6,736 nt of DNA. Source: Candidatus Heimdallarchaeota archaeon. GTDB taxonomy: Archaea > Asgardarchaeota > Heimdallarchaeia > JABLTI01. The translations under genes were made by a program, and so were the position numbers. The DNA is taken from the NCBI GenBank assembly GCA_030614005.1, contig JAUWKS010000108.1, positions 1 through 6,736 of the forward strand, in the 5' to 3' direction. Of this stretch, positions 1-5,900 are shown one piece after another; position 1 is the stretch's first letter, and each line of letters begins with the position of its first letter. Below the pieces are notes generated by a model that saw only the letters and a program-made list of their open reading frames with translations, was not told the DNA's origin and ran no database searches.

Positions 1-3
1 AAA

Positions 4-178
4 CGTCAAACGAAAGTTCCTCCCTTCGGGGAGTTGGGCGGACTCGCAGAAAGTCAAAAGTTAACTCTAACTCTTATTAGAGCTCGTTAACCAAGATAGA
101 CCATAGACATTTGCTTACTGAATGTGAACTTGTTCATCTTGTATACTTTGAATCCCACAGATTCAGATGAAAAACATT
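4..178 (+). ncRNA. Candidate structured non-coding RNA or element end, probably truncated by the window edge; identity unknown
   Basis: No ORF of 60 aa or more here. Hairpins read from the sequence: AAC-GAAA-GTT (9-18), CTCCC-TTCG-GGGAG (20-33), GACT/AGTC (41-44/52-55), GTTAAC+TCTAA / TTAGA+GTTAAC (60-70/77-81, 86-91), and a composite stem AATGT/ACATT (121-125/174-178), TTCATC/GATGAA (133-138/166-171), TGAATC/GATTCA (149-154/160-165). Positions 16-56 are GC-rich relative to the rest of the window. Confidence 0.35.
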
Positions 179-181
179 AAA

Positions 182-216
182 GCGATGGAAGTTATTCCCT
201 CGCACCTCTTTTTCTT
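182..216 (+). terminator. Hairpin plus U-tract, intrinsic-terminator-like, ending the upstream transcript
   Basis: GCGA-t-GGAA (182-190) pairs with TTCC-c-TCGC (195-203) around a 4-nt loop GTTA. It is followed by TCTTTTTCTT (207-216). Confidence 0.5.
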
Positions 217-261
217 GCAAAGTTCTTTTATATTTTGTCGACATAGTATATTGTGAGGGAG
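217..261 (+). promoter_or_regulatory. Putative archaeal-type promoter (BRE/TATA) and ribosome-binding site for the 268..579 gene
   Basis: GCAAAG (217-222) precedes TTTTATAT (226-233), about 35 nt before ATG 268. SD-like GTGAGGGAG at 253-261 lies 6 nt before that ATG. Confidence 0.4.
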
Positions 262-267
262 CAAGTA

Positions 268-579
268 ATGCTAAAAAAAGAAGAAAAAGAAGAATTTAAA
301 GTTGGACTTCCTATAAGGCAGAATATTCATAGTGAAATTGAAGAAAGGTTAATTGCCAAACTTTTTACTATAGTAGAAACTATTGAGGAAACTGCAGAAG
401 GCGAATTAGATTTCAAACCATACGATGACCGTTTACTTATACAGATAGAAGCTCTACTAGAGAAGAAATTTAAAGATAAAGTATTCAAACACAAAAGAGA
501 TCATCAGATAAGTGCTTTTCTACAGCAAATTAAGATAGAGCGACAAAACCGAGATTTTGATCTTCCTTTTATTAAATAA
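268..579 (+). CDS. Hypothetical soluble, probably helical protein (103 aa from ATG 268; the ORF track starts at GTG 253)
   Basis: Open frame ending in TAA 577-579 with protein-like charged composition. The GTG at 253 lies inside the SD-like sequence, so ATG 268 is preferred. No family motif recognised. Confidence 0.72.
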   Translation: MLKKEEKEEFKVGLPIRQNIHSEIEERLIAKLFTIVETIEETAEGELDFKPYDDRLLIQIEALLEKKFKDKVFKHKRDHQISAFLQQIKIERQNRDFDLPFIK

Positions 580-602
580 TGAATTGTCTTTAGGGTATCA
601 TC

Positions 603-618
603 AAAAACAAGAAAAAAA
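603..618 (-). terminator. Oligo-T (archaeal-type) terminator for the 625..1191 gene
   Basis: On the minus strand T7 (618-612) and T5 (607-603) start 6 nt after the stop codon, in the 45-nt gap between convergent genes. Confidence 0.45.
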
Positions 619-624
619 CATACC

Positions 625-1191
625 TTACGATTCAGTATGAATAGTATCCTCCTCTATCTCTATGTTAGTTATTGGTTTCAATAAATTGTAGGATAGTAAA
701 ACATTCTTCTCAAATTTAAACCTCAATAAAGACTTTACTGCTATAATAAGAGCACCGACTGCAAACATAGATATTAAGATAATAATTATTGTTTGATAAG
801 ACATGATTCCTAAAAGGTGTCCTTGAGCTTGGGAGAAGGGGTAAAAAATCATCATCTCAGGATATAAACTTCCATCAAAGATGATGTGAGACACTAAACC
901 AAGTAGACTTGAGATACCTGAATATAGCCAGTTAAACCTGAATTTCTTATTCGCTATTTTCATGTATAGCTTATAAAACACCCAACTGAAAAACGTACAC
1001 GGAATTAAATAAATCATTACTCCAAGCAAGCTATGAGTATAACCATGCAATGCACCGATTTTAAATAATAAATAAAGAACGCCTTCAATATCAATTATTA
1101 TCGTTCCAATCAATATTGCAGTTACATCAATAAATGGACATAGTGCAAAAACGAATGCTCCAAACCCTAAATGAAATGGTGTAAAAGGCAT
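625..1191 (-). CDS. Membrane-bound putative metal-dependent hydrolase, YdjM/DUF4184-like (MPFTPFH type)
   Basis: N-terminal MPFTPFH (H7), D34-I-E36, H49-G-Y-T-H53-S, S-H102-I-I-F-D106 and I-F-Y-P-F-S match the H / D / HxxxHS / HxxxD / PF motif order of YdjM-type hydrolases. It has 4-5 hydrophobic helices. Confidence 0.85.
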   Translation of the reverse strand: MPFTPFHLGFGAFVFALCPFIDVTAILIGTIIIDIEGVLYLLFKIGALHGYTHSLLGVMIYLIPCTFFSWVFYKLYMKIANKKFRFNWLYSGISSLLGLVSHIIFDGSLYPEMMIFYPFSQAQGHLLGIMSYQTIIIILISMFAVGALIIAVKSLLRFKFEKNVLLSYNLLKPITNIEIEEDTIHTES

Positions 1192-1225
1192 ACGCTATGT
1201 AAAATAGTAACAAATTTATTCTTTC

Positions 1226-1310
1226 TTATTAAATTGATATTAATTGTATTTGCTCACTGGTTAGCTAACAATAACTTTATACAAAATAAATTTCGAATTA
1301 AATTGAGGGT
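1226..1310. promoter_or_regulatory. Divergent promoter region: a TATA-like box for each flanking gene, plus an RBS for TTG 1318
   Basis: Minus strand TTTAATAA (1233-1226) is about 35 nt upstream of ATG 1191. Plus strand TTTATA (1276-1281) is about 37 nt upstream of TTG 1318. GAGGGT (1305-1310) is 7 nt before the TTG. AT-richness makes chance matches likely. Confidence 0.4.
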
Positions 1311-1317
1311 AAAACGT

Positions 1318-1824
1318 TTGAGAAGCAAGAAATTTAGAATAGTAGTTTTGATTTTGGCACTACTACTCAGCAACTCAATAGAAATGACCCGATCCGAAGA
1401 CATGTGGGTTGGTTCCCAAGAGATAGCATATTCGGGAGTATTGAACATCGATTTGGGTATTTTTTATTCTGAAAACCAAACGTTGTATTGGTCATTCATA
1501 AGCACATCCGATAACATCAATATCTCAATTTATAAATTCGAGAATTACCCCGGAGGTGGAGGACACATCACTCTCTTATCTTATGGTGTAAGCTCTGGAG
1601 AAGGAAATTTCATAGCGGAAACATCACTAAACTATTCAATTAGATTTGCGCATATGGATTGGAATTACAGAGAAGAAAACACAACAATAACAGCAGTAAT
1701 AACAGATACTGCACATAGTTCCAATTCAACTGTAGAAACAAACACTGCAAATTCATCAATAATTTTTATCGTTTCGACAATATTTATTGTTAGTTTTTTC
1801 AAAAGAAGAAAAAGAAGAATTTGA
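1318..1824 (+). CDS. Secreted, C-terminally anchored surface glycoprotein, 168 aa; beta-rich ectodomain, possibly GOLD (emp24/p24)-like
   Basis: In-frame TTG 1318 with an SD gives a classical signal peptide (MRSKKFR-IVVLILALLLS-NSIEMTRS). The ~95-aa beta-patterned domain is followed by a Ser/Thr-rich linker, hydrophobic SIIFIVSTIFIVSFF and basic tail KRRKRRI. There are six N-x-S/T sequons (NQT, NIS, NYS, NTT, NST, NSS). The track's ATG 1171 overlaps the opposite gene and is rejected. Confidence 0.8.
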   Translation: MRSKKFRIVVLILALLLSNSIEMTRSEDMWVGSQEIAYSGVLNIDLGIFYSENQTLYWSFISTSDNINISIYKFENYPGGGGHITLLSYGVSSGEGNFIAETSLNYSIRFAHMDWNYREENTTITAVITDTAHSSNSTVETNTANSSIIFIVSTIFIVSFFKRRKRRI

Positions 1825-1848
1825 AATAAGAATATTACTTCTTATTTC
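1823..1848. terminator. Bidirectional terminator-like perfect inverted repeat between convergent genes
   Basis: GAAATAAGAA (1823-1832) and TTCTTATTTC (1839-1848) form a perfect 10-bp inverted repeat with a 6-nt loop. It spans the whole 23-nt intergenic gap and touches both stop codons. Confidence 0.6.
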
Positions 1849-2726
1849 TATTGTCTCGATCTCACAGGATATTCTTTTACCAACATAATAAACGAGGTAA
1901 TTATTACTACTAGTGTGCCAAACATTATGAAATGATTACCAATAACAGAAGGAATTCGTGCAGTAATTGCAGTTGCAAAACCTAGTGAATTTACTGTAGC
2001 AATAGCGAATGCTAAGAAGAAAGCATTTACTAAAGTTAATACCAGAATTTTTTCGACTTTTTTGTCCATTTTTCCAAACAGTTTGAAGATTACTATAGTA
2101 GCTGCAAAGAGAAGGAAAATAAGTTCCAAAGTATTTGGTAAGAAGGTTATTCCTAGCAGTGTTGTTAAAGGAACTGCTTCAGTTCCATATGTTATACTTT
2201 GCTTTACGTAATAGAATCCACCGAAATCATAAATTGCTAAAACTAACAACCAAATCAATGTTGCAAATTTCTCATATATTGGCATCTCACTTCGTTTTAC
2301 AAATCTGAGAGCAAAAACAACTATCATCAATATCGATAATATTGTTAAAGCTATTAAGCCAATTAAGCTAACTCCTGAAGATATATAATCTCCAAGAATA
2401 TTTCCTGTGCCAGGGGCACTACCAATGCTGCTTCGATATTGTACTACGAAAAAGTGAGCAAATGAGTAAAGCAAAACATAGGCTGCACTACTAATAAATG
2501 CAACATTCAAAGTAATGTCTCTATTACTTGGAAGGAACATCCACACAATGAATGTAATAAGTGCAATTATTCCAACAAAGTCAGCAATCACAAGTATTAT
2601 TGTATAAGCAGTGCTAGTCCAAATTGTAATGATTTCTTGAATCAAATACATTATTAGTCCAGCAACTCCAATAGCAATAGCTACTTGGAATATTATATTG
2701 AGTATTTTATTTTCAACTATTTTCAT
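1848..2726 (-). CDS. Hypothetical polytopic membrane protein, 292 aa, about 8 transmembrane helices
   Basis: Long ORF with eight hydrophobic segments. Basic loops (PSNRD, KRSEMP..EK, GKMDKKVEK, KEYPVRSRQ) alternate with Gly/Ser/Thr-rich loops. SD-like AGGGA lies about 10 nt upstream of ATG 2726. No family recognised. Confidence 0.88.
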   Translation of the reverse strand: MKIVENKILNIIFQVAIAIGVAGLIMYLIQEIITIWTSTAYTIILVIADFVGIIALITFIVWMFLPSNRDITLNVAFISSAAYVLLYSFAHFFVVQYRSSIGSAPGTGNILGDYISSGVSLIGLIALTILSILMIVVFALRFVKRSEMPIYEKFATLIWLLVLAIYDFGGFYYVKQSITYGTEAVPLTTLLGITFLPNTLELIFLLFAATIVIFKLFGKMDKKVEKILVLTLVNAFFLAFAIATVNSLGFATAITARIPSVIGNHFIMFGTLVVIITSFIMLVKEYPVRSRQ

Positions 2727-2835
2727 ATTGATCTATCCCTATAGAAAGAATCACATATACTAAGCAGTTACTTTTCGACGCTTCTTCATTAATAATATTT
2801 TTGTGTTACAAACATCTTGATAGGTAAATTTAAAG

Positions 2836-2895
2836 AAAAAAATTGTTCCAAATGGAAAAAGCGTTCAAAGATTTAAAAAGAATTGATAAAGAAAA
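2836..2895 (-). terminator. Cluster of oligo-T tracts downstream of the large activase/dehydratase gene
   Basis: Minus-strand T4 (2895-2892), T5 (2879-2875), T5 (2860-2856) and T7 (2842-2836) lie within 80 nt of the TAG stop at 2916-2914. Confidence 0.35.
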
Positions 2896-2913
2896 GAAGG
2901 ACCAACAAGTAGT

Positions 2914-5900
2914 CTATCTTTTCCTCCATCTAATTAGATTAATTATCGTTCGATTCTTTAATCGTCGTTCGGTTCGTTCCATTTGTTGATCCCATTGTTT
3001 TTCTTTCTTCTGAACCATTCTATACAATCGTTCTCTTTTACGCTCTTGTTTTCTCTCTCGAGATTTCAGTCTTCTTTCTACTCTTTGCGACCATTTTACT
3101 TCACGCAAATTTTTCGTTCTTTTTCTTTTAATTTGCTCAATATTGGCATATATTAGTCGCTTCATATTGGGTGTGATAGCTGAAATATCAACGTCAAAAA
3201 CTAGGAAAGGCGTGTTATGCTTATAGTAAATGGGTTTCAAAATTGCTTGAGATACTTTATATGGCAGACAATTAAAGGGACCGGTTAATATTAGAGAATC
3301 ATATGTTGAATCATCCAATATTTCTAATCCTTTGCCAATTGTTGGAATTGCTTCACCAAAGATTAAATTAGAGATATAAGGATCAGAGTGATTGAGAAGC
3401 TGCCCTAAATCATTTTGTTCAGCATATAACAAACCAGTTCTCTTAAATCGTCTTCTCACTCTTCTTTCAATCAAAGGCAGAATCTTTAGTACTATCTTAG
3501 ACATAAGGAAATTTCTTGATGCTTTATCCCAAGGTGTAAGAAAAGCTCTCAATTGAGTAAAGAATTTCGTTGGATCTTTGTGCCATTTTTTCGCAATCTC
3601 ATAATATCCATTGAATTTAGTACTATACAAACTTAATTCATATAAATCCGAGGATTTAACGATGATACCATTTTCAGTATAAATATCACGCAACTCTTTC
3701 AAAAAGAAAGAACTAAATCGCACAAAGAAATCACCAGTAACCAATACTTTTGGATAATTTATCGGTGAGTCTTTTCTAGGTATTTTTCTAATATTTCTAA
3801 TGAGTTTTGTTACACCCCTTCTGTAGGTCTTTTTGGATGTAATACTATTCAAGAATCCATCCCAATGTTCCTGAAGCAATTCTAAACTATCAGAATCACC
3901 CACAACTCGGAGAGAACTTTCAATTTCACCAATAATATCACCAATAACAATTCCCGTTGGGAAAAATTGTAAAACATCAATCAAATTTGTACCTAAGAAT
4001 TTTGTTAAGTAATCCAACCTGTAAATGAAAACGTTTTCTAGTTTATTACTTTCCAAGAATTGTTCAATGTAATGATAATAGCTATAAACAGCACAAGGTG
4101 AGCCACCACGAATCATATACATACCAATTATTTCACCTGGTTTTCTATTCTCAACAAGAGTTAGTATTTGACCTAAAACAACAGGGAGTGGTATGCATTC
4201 TTTCCCGGAGCTGCATCTTAATCCTTTAATCGGGTAGTCTAGTAGGATGTCAGTAGCAACACCCATTTTGAAGCCAAACATAGTCATCATTTTTCCACCT
4301 ACATCAACATGGTATCTTGAAAAAGTTGGTGAATGGAGTGTGACTCTAGGATCCTTAATATCTATGGATTTTCCTTGCGAAGTTATTACAACTGTTTTTC
4401 CTTGTCTACGTTTTATTTGCGCAACTTGAAATGGTGCTTCTTGAACTTTTTTCTTACTTTCTTTGAAGTTTTTAACAATTTCTAGGAAGGCTTCTAATCG
4501 TGTTTGGATACCAGCATCTGCTGTGTGTGCATCCAATTCTAGAAAAAGATAAGGTTTAGAAGTCATCTCAGAGCGTACATAATTCTGAATAAAAGCATCG
4601 ATAGTGCAACTGAAACTATTAATGAAGAGAATGTAGAGATTTTCATTTTTTAGTGCAAGATCAATTGCCATTTTGACATAATTAGCAAAATACCAAGGAA
4701 TATCAGCCACATCAGTCTTTTCAAGAAAATCAAAAGGTATGACTGTAATACCCATACTTGAAAGCTTCTTGGGAATATTCATAGAGGTTTCAGATGGGAA
4801 GGCATTATAGCTTCTTCCAACTAATATGATGCCGATTTCATCAGTTCCTTTCAATTTATCAATTGTTTCTTGACCCAATTGTAGGAACTGTTTTTCAACT
4901 TCCAATTGTGCTTCAACAGCCTTTTCATAGGCTTGCTTAGCTCGTTTCTTCGTATGATGCAATTCATCCATAGCCATGGTAATTAATGAATGTTCTTTGG
5001 AATAACCAAGTGAGAAATCAAGTGTTGGTTTTAAAATAGTAATATCTTCGAACGCTTGTGAAATAATATATGAACTTGCTTGAGTTATGGGGCAGAAAGT
5101 TGAATCCCTCCAAGTATCTACTTTGGTTAGGTTAACAACATGGGGGAGAAATATCGTTTTTACTTTCCTCTTTGTAAGATCCAACACAGCTCCATGCAAT
5201 ATCTGTATTGGATAACAAAATGGTGCATTTGCCATCAGTTCCTTATCATCATCTATTCCAGAAAGAATGACTTGATAACCCAGTTCTTTTAAGAAAGTAG
5301 AATACATTGGATACAAACTGTGAGTTAATAATGCTCGAGGAATACCAATTGCTTTCTTACCTCTCAAAATTTTCACATTATTATTAATATTATTATTTGC
5401 TTCTCCAAGCATAAGTTCATTTCTCTTCTGAACAAGATCTTCTTTTTCAGCTATTTTCTCTGATCCTTTCCACTGGTGCTCGTATTTTGAGCAACTCCCT
5501 CCAAATAGGAAGCGTCGACCACCAACTTCATATCTTTCTATTTTACAATAATTTTTGCAAGATTTACAGGTAATACTTCCGAGATGTTTTAGCTCTTCCT
5601 TGATCAGACTTTCAAGAGAAGTTGATTTTGGCATCTCTGTTATTTCATGTTGCTCGAATTTAATTTTCGCTATTAAAGCAATACCAAATGCTCCAACCAA
5701 TTCAGGATTTGGAGGTATAATGATTTGTTTTCCAGTGGTTTGTGCGAAAGCATAGCCTATAGAGTGATTTTTAGCAACACCTCCCTGAAAGAAAATCTTC
5801 TTTCCTACTTGTCTTGCTCCCTTAACTTTATTCAAATAATTATCAACAATTGAATAGACCAATCCAGCAATGATGTTTTCTTTGCCATAATCTTCTTGCA

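Noticed and set aside
125-136. LexA (Cheo) box, suggested by the nearby YdjM-like gene
   Set aside because: The spacing is GAAC-N2-GTTC rather than GAAC-N4-GTTC, it is not upstream of the hydrolase gene, and the host is probably archaeal.
1-216. tRNA, hammerhead ribozyme, group II intron domain V, c-di-GMP riboswitch or CRISPR repeat
   Set aside because: No cloverleaf or T-loop GTTCRA context, no CTGATGA core, no domain V AGC/CGC-triad hairpin, no GEMM consensus, and no regularly spaced direct repeats. Short repeats such as ATAGACC-ATAGAC (96-108) are too short to be meaningful.
253-267. GTG 253 start
   Set aside because: The GTG is part of the SD-like GTGAGGGAG and too close to the TATA-like box. 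ATG 268 has proper SD spacing.
553-576. SSB-like acidic C-terminal tip (DFDLPF) on the small protein
   Set aside because: The SSB tip needs a terminal Phe. Here IK follows, and the protein shows no OB-fold pattern.
1171-1317. N-terminal 49-aa extension of the 217-aa ORF
   Set aside because: It overlaps the start of the opposite-strand gene and runs through the AT-rich divergent promoter. TTG 1318 has an SD and yields a clean signal peptide.
1254-1448. 64-aa minus-strand ORF
   Set aside because: Antisense shadow of the surface-protein gene and promoter region, with no motif.
1741-1821. PGF-CTERM / archaeosortase signal
   Set aside because: The TM+basic tail is present, but there is no PGF/PEF-like motif (no Pro) before the helix.
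1848-2726. Rhodopsin/heliorhodopsin identity for the multi-TM protein
   Set aside because: No mid-helix retinal-binding Lys (DxxxK or SxxxK) in the last helices, and about eight rather than seven helices.
4247-4429. 60-aa plus-strand ORF
   Set aside because: Antisense shadow within the motif-rich large gene.
4348-4470. Split into separate plsA and plsR genes at the domain 3/4 junction
   Set aside because: No stop codon or frameshift. The region is a continuous Lys-rich linker, so the protein is fused.
5555-5755. 66-aa plus-strand ORF
   Set aside because: Antisense shadow within the large gene.
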